A stretch of 64,000 bases of DNA from Eledone cirrhosa (GCA_964016885.1 OZ024757.1:15314001-15378000); one strand, 5' to 3'. Counted from the first letter of the stretch, positions 39,616 to 52,912 are shown. The notes: generated by a model from the letters alone, not told the origin. Translations and numbers: made by a program.

Positions 39616-39879
39616 CACAGATGTGTTGACACATCATCAGTGTTGTGTCCTGGTGGTGGTGCTGGGTGTTCTAAAGGGTCTTATGACATACACCCCAAAA
39701 AGGATTTGGATGGAGGATGTCCGTTGGGATCAAGCTAGGCTTGGCCTGGCCCAAGTGAGACCAGTGGACACAAATGGAGCAGGATGTTAAGGAGCGCTGT
39801 CAGGCAGGACCCACCCCTACTTAGAGATTAATTGTTATCCTGTATCATCAAAAACTGGATGATAATGATGAGGAGGAAA

Positions 39880-40600
39880 ATGTCTCACACCCTGATGGCC
39901 CAACTACAAGACACATCATTAGTATTGTATTCTGGTATCACTGTGTAGTTTAGAAGGTTTTACAACATATACCCTCGTCCTGATGACTTGCTACAGTTTA
40001 CATCATTAATGTCGTATTCAGGTGTCCCTGTGTATTTTAATGGGTTTTACATCACACACCCTCCTCCAGTGACCCAACTAGCAGATACATCATTAGTGTT
40101 GGATCCTGGTGTCACTGGGATTTTTCTGGAGTCTTACAAGTTATATCCTAGTCCAGGTGACCCAACTACAGATGCAAAACCATGAACAAACCATCAGTGT
40201 TGTGTCCTGGAATCACTGGGTGTTTTAGAAGGTCTTATGACCCCCCCATCAAGGTTCCCCAACTACAGGACACATCATCTATTGATGTATTGTATCCTGA
40301 AGTCACTGGGTGTTTTGTCAGGTCTTACAACATATATCGTCATCAAGGTGGCCCAAATGCGCAACACATTATCAGTGTTGTGTCCTGGTGCCACTGGATG
40401 TTTTGCAAGGTCGTACACCATACACCCTCGTCCTGATGACCTGGCTACAAGATACGTCATTAGTGCATTATCTTGGAGTCACTGGATGTTTTAGAGGGTT
40501 GTACAACGTACACCATCATCCAAGTAACACAAATACTGATGTGAGACCTAGGATACATTATCAGTGTTGTATCCTGGAGTCACTGGATGTTTTGTTTCTA
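39880..40600. repeat. Degenerate ~80-bp tandem repeat
   Basis: Recurrent cacatcatcagtgttgtgtcctggtgtcactggatgttttag motif. Confidence 0.75.
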
Positions 40601-40672
40601 TTTGAAACATGGTACGACAACAAAAGGTTGAATAAATGAAGTTAGAATAAAAAATAAAATGTATAATTTTAC

Positions 40673-40874
40673 TTGGTTTTTATCTAGATCTTGATCAACT
40701 AATTCATTTTCTCCTTGTTCTTGAAATGTTATGATAATTAAGGCCACAAAGATGTTAACAAAGAAAAATGGAAAGACAATGAAGAACACAACGTAGTATA
40801 TCGCCATTTCCATTCGGGAGCCAGGTTTTGGTCCCATATCATCAATTGTGGAGTCCATGGAATTTTTCAAAACT
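40673..40874 (-). CDS. Cav2: Cav2 exon IIIS6 (VLKNSMDST...[32 protein letters not shown])
   Basis: ttttctag / gtaaaa, 202 nt. Confidence 0.97.
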
Positions 40875-41549
40875 CTAGAAAAATAAAATAAAAAAAAAAA
40901 ATTAAGAAAAAAAGAAAAAAAGATACAGTAATAAATAATTGTTTCTATATTTGGCACAAGGCCAGCAATTTGAAAGGAAGGGAAAGTAGATTATTGATCA
41001 TTTAAATCGGCCATATCTAGCCAGAATTCTTTAACCAAAACCGGCCAGAATTCTCTACCTTTCTGTTGAAACTAGCTGTAACTGGTCACTCAAACTGATG
41101 TTAAGGTATTGTTTTCAAAATAAATACTTTCAAAATCTCATAGATTCGATATTATGTGAGATAATTATGTGAGGTAAAGCCTTTACCATTAAAATATAAT
41201 AGTATATATAAAATAATGTGAATGCTAAAGGGTTAACCTCTTTCTGTTGAAACCGGCCATAATTGGCTGCTCATGCTAGTCTTCAGGTATTGTTCTTAAA
41301 ATAAATAACATCAAAATCTCATAGATTCGATATTATGTGATATAATTATGTGAGACAAAGCCTTTACTGTGACAATATAATAGTATATATAGAGTAATGT
41401 AAATGTTATGTGAGATATTATGTGAGGTAAAGCCTTTACTGTGAAAATACAATAGTATATATAGAGTAATGTAAATGTTATGTGAGGTAAAGCCTTTACT
41501 GTGAAAATACAATAGTATATATAGAGTAATGTAAATGCTAAAGGGTTAA

Positions 41550-42380
41550 ATCAACCACAGTGCATTACTGGTGCTATATTTTATCGACTAAAATTAAAAT
41601 AATGGTTTCTGATTTAGGAACAAGGCCAACAATTTTTTGAGGGGAGGCGAAAGTCGATTAAATCAACCCCAGTACATTACTAGTACTTTATTTCATTCAC
41701 CATAGAAGGATGAAAGGCAAAACTTAACCTCGGTGGGATTTGAACTCAAAACGTAAAGGGTCGTAACTATATGCATGTCTGACACCCTACTGATAGTCAA
41801 ACCACCCCCACCCCTTAATGATTCCTAATAAATAATTGTTTCTACTTTAGGCACAAGGCCAGCAATTACCCAGCGCATTACTGGTACTTTATTTTATCGA
41901 CCCGTAAGGATGAAAGGCAAAGTCAACCTCGGCGGGATTTGAACTCATGATTCCTAATAAATAATGATTCCTATACTAGGCCTGCAATTTGTAGGGAGGA
42001 GGAAAGTCGATTATATCAACCCCAGTATTTAACTGGTATTTTGTTTTACCAACTCTGGAAGGATGAAAGACAAATTTAACGTCAGCAGGAATTGGATATA
42101 AATACTGCTAAAAAATTTTCCTGATAGTCTAATTATTCTGTCAAATCATCTCTCTTGTAATAAGGGTTTTAAATTAAGACTCAAGGCCAACAATTTTTGT
42201 GGGAGGGGAAAGTCAATTAAATTGACCCCAGTGCATTACTGGTACTTTATTTTATCGATCCTGTAAAAATGAAAGGCAAAGCTCCACTTGGTGAGATTTG
42301 AACTCAGAATCTAAAGGGCCATAACTGTATACTGCAAACATGTTATCTGATGCTCTACTGATACTGCCTATCCACCACTC
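41550..42380 (-). mobile_element. Cluster of nested/tandem SINE family 1 copies
   Basis: Includes a 5'-truncated copy with 19-bp TSD atgattcctaataaataat. Confidence 0.85.
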
Positions 42381-43134
42381 TGAGTTAGTATCTTAATAAT
42401 GAAATGGATGATCTAAGTTGAGTATCAAAAGTGTCAATTTCAATAGGAACACTTTAAAATGTGTCGTTTTGTTTCAAAGAACTAGAGCTGGTTTTGGTCA
42501 GGTTAGTATCAAAAAGATTAATTAATACTTAACTAACAGCTTGTGGGAAATTTAATTATGATTAGATTAGTGGCACACATACAATATGTTTATACAGGCG
42601 TGACAAAAAATGCCCAGCATACACTGTAAAGTGGTCATGTTGGTGCCATCACAGAAAGTGCCCAGCCCACACTGTAAAGTTGTTGTGTTGGTACAAGGAC
42701 AAAAAGCACCCAGTACATACTGTAAATGTGGAAGGGCATCGAGTCATAGAAACCAAGCCAGAAACAGTTCTGCATGAGCAAGACATGGTCATCTGACTTG
42801 GCTTGTCTCACAACAGGACAACTCGTCTATCCCATGCTAGGATGGAAAAATGGATGTTAAACAGTCATGATGATGATGATACACATAATTATATCCAGAT
42901 AAAAAAGAAAGAGATATCATATTATCAGTTTCCATAAAATCAGTGTTGTACCCAGAGGCATAACTAGGGAAACTAGCGCTTATGGCAAGCAGTGAAATTG
43001 CACCCCTGCCCAAGCACTGTATTTTTACCTATGGGCCTAATAATCTAAACTATAATAAAGTAAGGAGCGCGGGACTGCGTACGGTTTATAATTTTTTATC
43101 CCATTAGTAAAATAAGTTGGATTACTTTGAATAA

Positions 43135-43332
43135 ATAATTGTTTCTACTTTTGGCACAAGGCCATAAATTACCCAGTGTATTACTGGTACTTTATTTTAT
43201 CGACCCCGTAAGGATGAAAGGCAAAGTTAACCTCGGTGGGATTTGAACTCAGAATGGCAAAACTCAGAATGGTAACTCTATGCGTCAAAGCATGGCGTCC
43301 GAGCCTCTACCGATACTGCCAATCCACCGCCC
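43135..43332 (-). mobile_element. SINE family 1 copy with 18-bp TSD
   Basis: ttactttgaataaataat on both sides. Confidence 0.92.
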
Positions 43333-43683
43333 TTACTTTGAATAAATAATGAACGAATATTACATAATTTATCTACTAAATTTTGTGACTGTTGATTAAG
43401 TATATTTTGTTTATTTAAAAATTCACTTCTTTAACATTTCTGAAATGTCAACACTTCCGGTTGGCCATCGATTAAATAAACATTAATTTTCTGTCACTAA
43501 TTTTCTCCTAATGCAGTTTATATATAATATTGTCTTTTTTAATGTATCATGGATTACGTTACTGATTGAATAAGACAGTGTAACGCAGTCTTCATTCAAT
43601 TTCTATGTATTGTATATTGTCAATTATGATTTTATTTGATGTGTCATATCTACATATACCTGCATAAAATATCAATATACACA

Positions 43684-44008
43684 TGGAGGCACATGGCTTA
43701 GTGGTTAGAGCATTGGCCTTGCAATCGAAAGGTTGTGAGTTCAATTCTCAGACTGGGTGATGTGTTGTTTCCTTGAGCAAGACACTTTATTTCACATTGC
43801 TCCAGTTTACTCAGCTGTAGAAATGAGGTGATAGGGACTGGAGTCCATATCATACCACTGCAAAGTGGTCGTGGAGGTGCCATGGCAAAAAAGCACCCAG
43901 CACTCACTGTTAGGAAGGGCATCCAGCTGTAGAAATCAAGCCAGCATCAGTTCCCGTCCCACCCTTGCAAGCAGGGAAAAAGCGGACGTAAAATGAAATG
44001 ATGATGAT
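43684..44008 (+). mobile_element. SINE family 2 copy
   Basis: Highly similar to 13886-14226. Confidence 0.88.
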
Positions 44009-44287
44009 ACACACTACACATGCTAGCAGGTTTTTCTGCTAGTTTATATAAATGGTTTAATGATCCAGCCACCATAGTGTTTCTCACTCATGATAATCAG
44101 AGACAGACCACACATCTGAAGGAGTTTCTTTTTTCATTCTCCATTGAGGCTTATATGACTTTAATAGAATGTGCTCCTAGTCCAAGTGGTGCCCCCCCCT
44201 TCATGTGGCACCCATGGCATGTGCCATGCTTGCCTGCCACACCCTAGTTATGCCACTGGTTGTAGCTATGTTAGATGATGTACTTAC

Positions 44288-44431
44288 GTTGGCCAACCTT
44301 CCCCTGTTGTGACAGTAAACAATGTCAGCATTGCATACATAGCATTGTCGTAATGGAAATCTTGCCGGAGCCATTCCCGGTTTTTAACACGCGGTTTATC
44401 TGACTTATCTTCATAATCAAAATATTGACCC
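44288..44431 (-). CDS. Cav2: Cav2 exon domain III pore loop (GQYFDY...[23 protein letters not shown])
   Basis: attccag / gtaagt, 144 nt; filter glutamate in TGEGW. Confidence 0.97.
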
Positions 44432-45904
44432 CTGGAATGATAAAATGAAAATATAAATATAATATAATATATATATATACATACATACATACATACATAC
44501 ACATATATATATATACACACATACACACACACCCACACATATATATATATATACATACGTGTTAGTTACCAAAGTTAATTTTAACCTGTTGACTTACACT
44601 TCTTGTTTTTTTTATATATATATACATGGTGGCTGCCAACTCGTTTTCGAGTACAGCCACTACTTTATATCCATGTAGGAGAACCCCTACCGATGCGCTG
44701 AACGTGTGTGACTTTTTAGTCCAGCCAGCGACTTGAAAACTCTGGTACAAACACTACACTTGTGACAATTATTGACACATAGTGCTGGGCCCATGGTACC
44801 ATGTGACGACAAGTGCAGAGAGATCTACAGATATAAAGCAATGCCTGTGCTGTGAAGCTTTTATAGTGAGCAAAGGCACTGCACAAAGCCAGTCCCATTC
44901 TCTTAACCAAGATGATATTTACCAAAAAGACGAACAAGTCAACATCATTGGATACCATCAGGGTTGCAGGTGTTATATCAGAGTTTTCCTTCTCCTAGAA
45001 TTCTGCCTTGACAAAGGCTAAGGAGTCATCTCTCCTTATATATATATACATACATACACACACAACCACATACGTGTTAGTTACCAAAGTTAATTTTAAC
45101 CTGTTGACTTACACTTCTTGTTTTTTTTATATATACATACATACATACATACATGTATATATATACACACACACACATACACACACATATATATATATAC
45201 ATGTATATGCGCATATATTTATATATATGTGTGTGCATATATATATTTATGAAAAACGAGGATAACGAGGATAATGATAGAATATAAAGAAACATTTTTC
45301 AAATTGTAAAATTCAATAATTGTTTGTTTCTGTATTTCTAATGAAATATATTGCCAATATGTTTTATATAATTTTGAAAATAATAAAAAAATTGGAGGAA
45401 TTTAACAAAGTAACTAACTTTCTGATTATTAAGTTAATTTGCAGTAGGATTAACACAGCATGGTTTATAACAGTAGTGTCTCACAATTAAAAAAAAGGTG
45501 TGTGTTTGTGAAACATACATATGCACCAGCTCCAAACACAAAGGAACCAAACTCTCACTGTCACTGCCTGTCTCTCCTGCTCTCCTCATTTCTCACTATT
45601 ATGAACAATTGGGGACCCATGTGCTGTCTGCCCTGTGACCCCAGCAGACAGAATAGAGAAGGCATTTCCCCAGAGTATGGTGAGGGAGGGAGACATGCTG
45701 GAAGAGCCATTCCAGCTCGCAAGACTCACACCTGCAAGTAGATAACTCTGTACCAAGGTGTCTCACTATGAATATTTTAAGCTGTGATATTTTACCATAA
45801 GAGCAGAGGCTGCTTCAGGCAGTTTGGTATCAAAAGGCTTAAGAAGCTAGATTGTTGGTAAATAAAAATATGTTATGAAATATTTTGAATACTAGTAACT
45901 TCAA

Positions 45905-46080
45905 TTCGGTATTTGTGCCAATCCTTACCTATGATTATCAATCTTGGGTAATGACCGAAAGAATACAATCTTGGGTAATGACCAAAAGAAGCCGCTGAAA
46001 TGGGGTTCCTCCAAAGGTCTTTGGAGTAATGTTACTCAATAGAGTGCATAGCTTGGAGATCAGAGAGTCATTCCAGGATG
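45905..46080 (+). mobile_element. RTE-clade LINE C-terminal fragment
   Basis: ILTYDYQSWVMTERIQS...AAEMGFL...RVHSLEIRES. Confidence 0.7.
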
Positions 46081-46197
46081 AACTGGAGACAGTTGCTTCT
46101 GAAAGGACCTACTGGAAGGCATGCTTGATGACTCTGCCCCCACAACCCTCCCAGGAATAAGTGGGTGTGGGTAAAGAAGACAAAAAGAGTAACTTAC

Positions 46198-46358
46198 TGA
46201 CATTCCTCTCGGGTGGATTTTGACATGTCTGTACAGTAAAAGAACTTTCCTTTGAATAATTGCACAGCCATAACAGCAAAAATAAATTGAAATAATAGAT
46301 ACACAATAAGAATGTTGGAGACATTCTTTAACGAGTTCACGACACAGTCAAAGACAGC
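46198..46358 (-). CDS. Cav2: Cav2 exon IIIS5 ([53 protein letters not shown])
   Basis: tttccag / gtaagt, 161 nt. Confidence 0.97.
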
Positions 46359-46429
46359 CTGGAAATTGGAAAAGAAAAATGGTAATTAGAAACAAGCAAT
46401 ACATACATTACATTTATTACAAAAACAAC

Positions 46430-47352
46430 AATAAAAACTATCCAATCCACTCTGTAAGGTGGTCATACTGGTGCCATGACAAAAACCACCCAATCCACTT
46501 TGTAAGGTGGTCATACTGGTGCCATGACAAAAACTACCCAGCCCACTCTGTAAGGTGGTCGTAGTGGTGCCATGACAAAAACCACTGAGTGGCTTTGACA
46601 AAAAAATCACTCAGTCCACCCTGTAAAGAGGTTGTACTGGTTTCATGACAAAAAAGCACCCTGTCCATTCTGTAAGGTGGTTGTAATGGCGCCATGAGAA
46701 AAAAGCACCCTGTCCACCCTGTAAAATAGTTTTGTTTGTTCCATTACAAAAAGCACCCAGTCCACCCAGTTATGCGGTTGTGTTGGTACCTCAACAAAAT
46801 AGCACTCAGTCCACCTTGTAACGTAGTAGTGCTGATGACATGACAAAACAGCATCCAGTCCATCTTGTAAGGTGGTAGTATTGGTGACATGACAACACAG
46901 CATCCAGTCCATCTTGTAAGGTGGTAGTGTTGGTGACATGATAAAACAGCATCCAGTCCATTTTGTAAGGTGGTAATGATGGTGACATGACAAAACAGCA
47001 TCCAGTCCATCTTGTAAGGTGGTAATGTTGGTGACATGAAAAACAGCATCCAGTCCATTTTGTAAGGTGGTAATGATGGTGACATGACAAAACAGCATCC
47101 AGTCGATCTTGTAAGGTGGTAGTGTTGGTGACATGAAAAACAGCATCCAGTCCATTTTGTAAGGTGGTAATGATGGTGACATGACAAAACAGCATCCAGT
47201 CCATCTTGTAAGGTGGTAGTGCTGATGACATGATTAAAAACATCCAGTCCACCCTGTAAGGTGGTAGTGTTGGTAACATGGTAAAAAACATCCAGTCCAC
47301 CCTGTAAGGTGGTAGTGATGGTGACATGATAAAAAACATCCAGTCAACCCTG
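46430..47352. repeat. ~49-bp minisatellite (~19 copies) filling most of the IIIS4-IIIS5 intron
   Basis: Unit catgacaaaacagcatccagtccatcttgtaaggtggtagtgttggtga. Confidence 0.93.
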
Positions 47353-47511
47353 ATGCAATGAGGATGATAATGATTTTATACTGTGTTGTTTTTATATTGT
47401 ATTTCTTTCTCTAAACATAAAAACAACAATAAGAATAAGTACAGTACAGTACAACATATTTAAGAAGTAGAGTACAGATCATTTAAGAAGTAGTACAGTA
47501 CAAATCCTTAC

Positions 47512-47608
47512 TTTTAATTTTGGTATTCTGTTAATGGTTTTTAAAGGACGCAGTACACGTAAAACACGTAACGATTTAATAGTATTAAGGTTTCCTCCTG
47601 CGCTGTCA
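47512..47608 (-). CDS. Cav2: Cav2 exon IIIS4 ([32 protein letters not shown])
   Basis: ttttgtag / gtaagg, 97 nt; S4 arginine repeat. Confidence 0.97.
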
Positions 47609-47947
47609 CTACAAAAAGAAAATGACAAAAAAAAAAAACAATATTAATCAAACAATATATGTAACAGAGATTGGATTTTGAAGCACTAAGAATATGGAAT
47701 TAATATAAATATGATATGGTAATGCACAGAGATTATTGTATCAACACAATGCTTTCAAAAACTGCCTCAAAACCCAGTAATATTAATATTGTAGAATTAA
47801 TGCAAAGGGGTTAGGAGGAACCGTCAGGGTGTGTCAAAAGACACGACAACTGCATCAGTAATTTACTGGGGTCAATTTAAACGACTTCCCCGCCTCCAAA
47901 TTTGTTGGCCATGTGTCTCAATCAGAAACCATTATTAAACATTTTAA

Positions 47948-48140
47948 GGGGCGGTGGATTGGCAGTATCGGTAGAGGGTCGGACGCCATGCTTTCCAGCA
48001 TAGTTACGTCCCTTTACGATCTGAGTTCAAATCCCGCCGAGGTTGACTTTGCCTTTCATCTTTACGGGGTCGATAAAATAAAGTACCAGTAATACACTGG
48101 GTGATTGCTGGCCTTGTGCCTAAAGTAGAAACAATTATTA
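47948..48140 (+). mobile_element. tRNA-derived SINE family 1, full-length young copy
   Basis: A-box-like tggcagtatcggta, B-box gagttcaaatccc, core gcctttcatcc..ggggtcgataaaataaagtaccag, (ATT)n tail; many copies in the window. Confidence 0.9.
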
Positions 48141-50128
48141 ATAATTTTTTCAGTCTAAAAGACTCTTATCAGTGATTATAAGAACTGTTTTGTTTTTTTG
48201 ACACCAAAAACTTTTTAGAGTTGGTTAACAATTGAAGTTTGAAAAAGCATAAACTTTAATTGAAGTCATCCTAAACAAATCCTATATTTACACTTAGGAA
48301 AGGAAAAAGAAATTATACCCTAAAATCTATAATCTGTTCCTTCAACTTCTAACAGCTTTTAGCACAACTTCAAATAAACATTGTTTTTTCAAACTTCGAC
48401 AATGTCACTCTACAATATACTCAGTAAACTCTGTAAAGTGTTTGTACTGGTGTCATGATAAAATTCACCCAGAGCACTCTGGAAATGGTAGAGTTGGTTC
48501 CACTATAAAATGCACCTAGTACATTCTGCTAAGTGGTTAGCATTAGAAAGGGTATCCAGCCATAGAGACCATGTGAAATTGAAATATGTAATGAATGAGC
48601 TAAAATGTGGTTTCCTGTCCAGTCAGGTATTGGGTCATAAACTGTTTTCAATTAATGCACAAGGCCAGAAGAAAGTTGACCCCAGTATGTGACTGGTATT
48701 TTATTTTATCAACTCCAGAGGAATGAAAAGCAAAATTGATCTTGAGAAGATTTGAACTTAGAACATCATCTTAAGTCAGCCCTCTTTTGAAGGTGAAGCG
48801 TTCATTTTGTTTTTTCTATCAGCTAGAATATATGTGGCTTGCCACATTTGCATATACATCCACACAACCAATGTTGTCCAAGGGAAAGACAATGGCTAAT
48901 ACAGCTTGACATGAGTGACGTCACAACTGATATATGCACTATATATGACGTTGTTCATGGGAAAGGCAAAGGTTGATACAGCTTGGTACCAGTGACATCA
49001 CAACTGATATATACACTACATATACACTATATACTCTATGTACGCACTATATATATACTATATACTCTATGTACACACTATATATATATACTATACACGC
49101 TATGTACACACTATATTTACACTATATATGATGTTGTCTAAGGGAAAGGCAATGGCTGATATAGCTCAGCACCAATGACATTACAACTCATTTCTATAGC
49201 TGAGTAAACTGGAGCAATGTGAAATAAAATGTCAACTCTAATCCTAACCTCTCGATTTCAAGCCCAATGCTCTAACCATTAAGCTATGCGGCATCATTCA
49301 GAACATAAAGAGCCAGAACAAATACATCGTTTCTGATGCTGTCATGGCTCTGCTAAACCAAAGTGATTTTTAAAATAAAAATTGTCTAAAAAATTCTTTA
49401 AAATAACTTGAAAATAAATTTAATCCTTTAGCATTCAAACTGGCCATAACCGGCCAGAATTCTCTAACCTCTTTCTGTTCAAACCGACTGTAATTGGCCA
49501 CTCATACTGATGTTCAGGCATTGTTCTCAAAATAAATAATCTCAAAATCTCAGATTCGATATTATGTGGGATAATTATGTAAGGTAAAGCCTTTAATGTG
49601 AAAATATAGTATAAATATAGAGTAATGTAAATGGTATGTGAGATATTATGTGAGATAATTATGTGAGCTAAAGCCTTTATTGTGAAAATATAATAGTAAA
49701 TATAGAGTAATGTAAATGCTATGTGAGATAATTATGTGAGGTAAAACCTTACTGAGGAAATATAATAGTAAATATAGAGTAATGTAAATGCTATGCGAGA
49801 TATTATGTGACAATTATGTTAGGTAAAGCCTTTACTGTGAAAATATAATAGTAAATGTAGAGAGACAAACACAGATATATACATATATGAATTCAAATCA
49901 CAAGGGACAGTATTATAGGCCTCGGAAAAGTTTTTCCTTGAGCTATTTTGATTATGGGGGACTATTGTGTGTTTTTAACTCAATACATACTTTTGATATT
50001 AAATATAGAGTAATGTAAATGCTATGTGGGATATTATGTGAGATAATTATGTGAGGTAAAGCTTTTACTGTGAAAATATAATAGTAAATATAGAGTAATA
50101 TAAATGCTAAAAGGTTAAAATGTTTTAC

Positions 50129-50235
50129 CTGAATGCAAAAGCTACTAAAGCACAAATGACAACTGTTGCATCCAGAATGTTCCATGCATCCCGGCAGTAG
50201 GCACCGGGATGAAGTAATATACCAAGGTCTACAAT
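50129..50235 (-). CDS. Cav2: Cav2 exon IIIS3 ([35 protein letters not shown])
   Basis: ttttcag / gtaaaa, 107 nt; LHPGAY-RD-WNILD motif. Confidence 0.97.
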
Positions 50236-50352
50236 CTGAAAAAAATAAAAATAACAATATCTGTAGAATAGAATTTTATGAATTTGAAAGGAAACAAATT
50301 ATATAATCAAACAATGTCAGTAAGCCAAATTTTTGGAGTTTTAAGTGCTGAG

Positions 50353-50516
50353 CAGGGCCTATGAGAGGAGCGTTCCAGTCGGTACTTTGTTCCAGGGCCC
50401 AAGAGCTAAGAAGGCCCCACCGCAACCATGCAACATCCATTTTAAGAAAAATCTTTGCCTGCTTCGGGCCCAAAGGTGTCATGTAGCACCTTGCAGAATT
50501 TATCTTGGCGGCCCTG
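50353..50516. mobile_element. Non-autonomous hAT-type MITE
   Basis: cagggcc...ggccctg; 8-bp TSD gtgctgag. Confidence 0.85.
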
Positions 50517-50898
50517 GTGCTGAGAATATATATCATCATGATTTAATGTCTGTCTTATTTTCCATGCTTGTATGAGTCAGACGGGTTGTCCATGTTATGA
50601 GGCATGTCTGGTTAGTTGGCTGCGCTGTACCTTGTTCAAATAGAACTGCATTTTGACCATTTTGTTTTTACACCAACCATCTTTATCTTTACAGTGAGGA
50701 ACTGGGTGGTCTCATTATAGGAGCATCTGGCCATTTGGCTGCGTTGTTGGAACTGTATTTTGGCCAGTATTTTTACAGTTGGATGCCCTTCTGAACATCA
50801 ACAACATTTACACTGTGATATATATAAATATATAATTCATTTTTGAATTTGTTTTGCGAGATTTCTTATCTGAAAACGTGTGTTGAAACGGATATCGT

Positions 50899-51110
50899 TA
50901 TACTTTGGGAGGGTCATGTTGCCAATAAAAACACACGCACCTGTTGATTTTCACTTCAATTTATTATAAATTTCTGGTTGGCTGGTTGGTTCGATAACCG
51001 GAAGGTTGTTTATATATTGTCAAAACCAGCCAACCAGAAATTTTAAATAAATTGAAGTGAAAATCAACAGGTGCGTGTGTTTTTCTTGGCAACATGACCC
51101 TCCCAAGTAT
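50899..51110. repeat. Palindrome (~88-bp arms) of the same family as 21318-21590
   Basis: gggagggtcatgttgccaa... occurs directly and inverted; homologous to the hammerhead-bearing copy at 21.3-21.6 kb. Confidence 0.85.
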
Positions 51111-51411
51111 ATATATATCTATCATCATCATATATATATATATATATAAATATATATCGTTTCAATATTGATTAGTTCAGGGTACAATCATAAGGATCGA
51201 GTTCTGACTCTTCCGCGACATCTCATCAGATATGTGAGTTTATATGTGCAAAGATGTGACTTTGCACATATAAACTTTCACATATATGTGAAAGTTACAT
51301 GTGTAACTGCAATAACCTGTTGTATATGTAGATATATGGATATATACGAATACAAGAAGTCCTACATGTGTATTTTTGTGCAATAGTAGTAGTAAGAAAG
51401 AGCTGACATAC

Positions 51412-51601
51412 CTTTAATAACATTTCTATAGTAAAAACTCCAGTAAAAACATAATCAAAATAATTTAATATTTGGTTGTTTACAGACTCATCATTTACAG
51501 GGTCTTCAGCAGCCAATGCGATGCTGCTGGCACAAATAACGATCATGATGAATAAGTCAAAATAACGTAGGTTGACCACAAAATGACAAAAGCGGCGGAC
51601 A
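51412..51601 (-). CDS. Cav2: Cav2 exon IIIS1-S2 ([35 protein letters not shown]...FTIEMLLK)
   Basis: ttttgcag / gtatgt, 190 nt; conserved [10 protein letters not shown]. Confidence 0.97.
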
Positions 51602-51654
51602 CTGCAAAACAAAATAATATCATATATATTAAATGTCATATATATAAAATAGCA

Positions 51655-51980
51655 CATATGTTAAATATCATATATGTTAAATATCGTATATGTTAAATAT
51701 CATATATGTTAAATATCATATATATCAAATATCATATATGTTAAATATCATATATATCAAATATCATATATGTTAAATATCACATATTTTAAATATCACA
51801 TATGTTAAATATCACATATGTTAAATATCACATATGTTAAATATCACATATGTTAAATATCATATATATCAAATATATATATTAAATATCATATATATTA
51901 AATATCCTATATATTGAATATCATATATATTGAATATCATATATATTAAATATCATATATACTAAATAGCATATATATTA
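51655..51980. repeat. 16-bp AT-rich minisatellite
   Basis: (atatgttaaatatcat)n. Confidence 0.9.
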
Positions 51981-52794
51981 AATAACACCAAAGATTTAAA
52001 GCATTTTTAAACTGATAGCCATTTCTACCTCTGCAGAGTCACTTACAGTGAGTTATATAACTTCTGATTTGTAATTTTAATGTATAACAGCTCTGTATGA
52101 CTCCCACAGTATTGAGCTACAGATCAACCTGCATAATATCATGTATATTAAAAGTTTAAATAACACATGACAACATCCATAGTATTGGTGCAATGATAAA
52201 ATACACTTAGTGTAGTGCTGAATTGTATGTCAGGTCGCTGGCCCACCTAGAGGTCAGAGGCTCCACTTAAGTACTGATTGGTCTGTTAGCAGGGATAACG
52301 GATATTAAATAATGATGATGATCATCATCATCATGGTCTGATATATCTTTTTATCTGGATAAAATTATGGGAGTACACTTAAATTTCCCAGGATCTGCTA
52401 GATGAATATCTGTTAACCCATCTGATAGGACCTGGCCAAATACATCCCTGGTTCTATGAAAGACCTCCCTCCATTTTAATGGGTTCCTATTGAAATTAAA
52501 ACCTTTCACCATAATTTTATATAAGAGTCATTTGTTAAGTCACTATCTATGGCTATATTTGCTGCCAGTAAGAAGTATCTTAACCCTTTAGCATTTAAAC
52601 TGGCCAGAATTCTCTCACCTCTTTCTGTTCAAACCGGCCGTAACCGGCTGCTCATACTTATGTTAAGGTTTTGCTCTCAAAATAAATAACATCAAAGTCT
52701 CATAGATTCCATATTATGTAAGTTGTGAAATGAAAATACTATAGTATATATAGAGTAATGTAAATGCTAAAGAGTTAAAGTTGTTGGAACTCAC

Positions 52795-52912
52795 GGATTG
52801 GTCGGGCCAAATATAAACATTGAACTATAAGGCAACATGGGTTTTGGGCCACCAAAGGCAGGTTCCTCTGAATCTCCATTTTGGGGCTGGATATTCAAGC
52901 TGGAACTGCTGC
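52795..52912 (-). CDS. Cav2: Cav2 exon, end of II-III linker (SSSSLNIQPQNGDSEEPAFGGPKPMLPYSSMFIFGPTNP)
   Basis: tttccag acceptor, gtgagt donor, 118 nt; conserved PKPMLPYSSMFIF motif. Confidence 0.95.

Larger units (their letters stand above)
42953..44258. mobile_element. 1.3-kb hAT-type element carrying two nested SINEs
   Basis: TIR cagaggcataactaggg / ccctagttatgccactg; TSD gttgtacc/gttgtagc. Confidence 0.8.

Noticed and set aside
39975-40470. CTGATGA motifs in the ~80-bp tandem repeat
   Set aside because: No downstream GAAA or stem I/III, so not hammerheads
46643-47339. Overlapping 147-179-aa repetitive ORFs
   Set aside because: Read-through of the 49-bp minisatellite; no splice support
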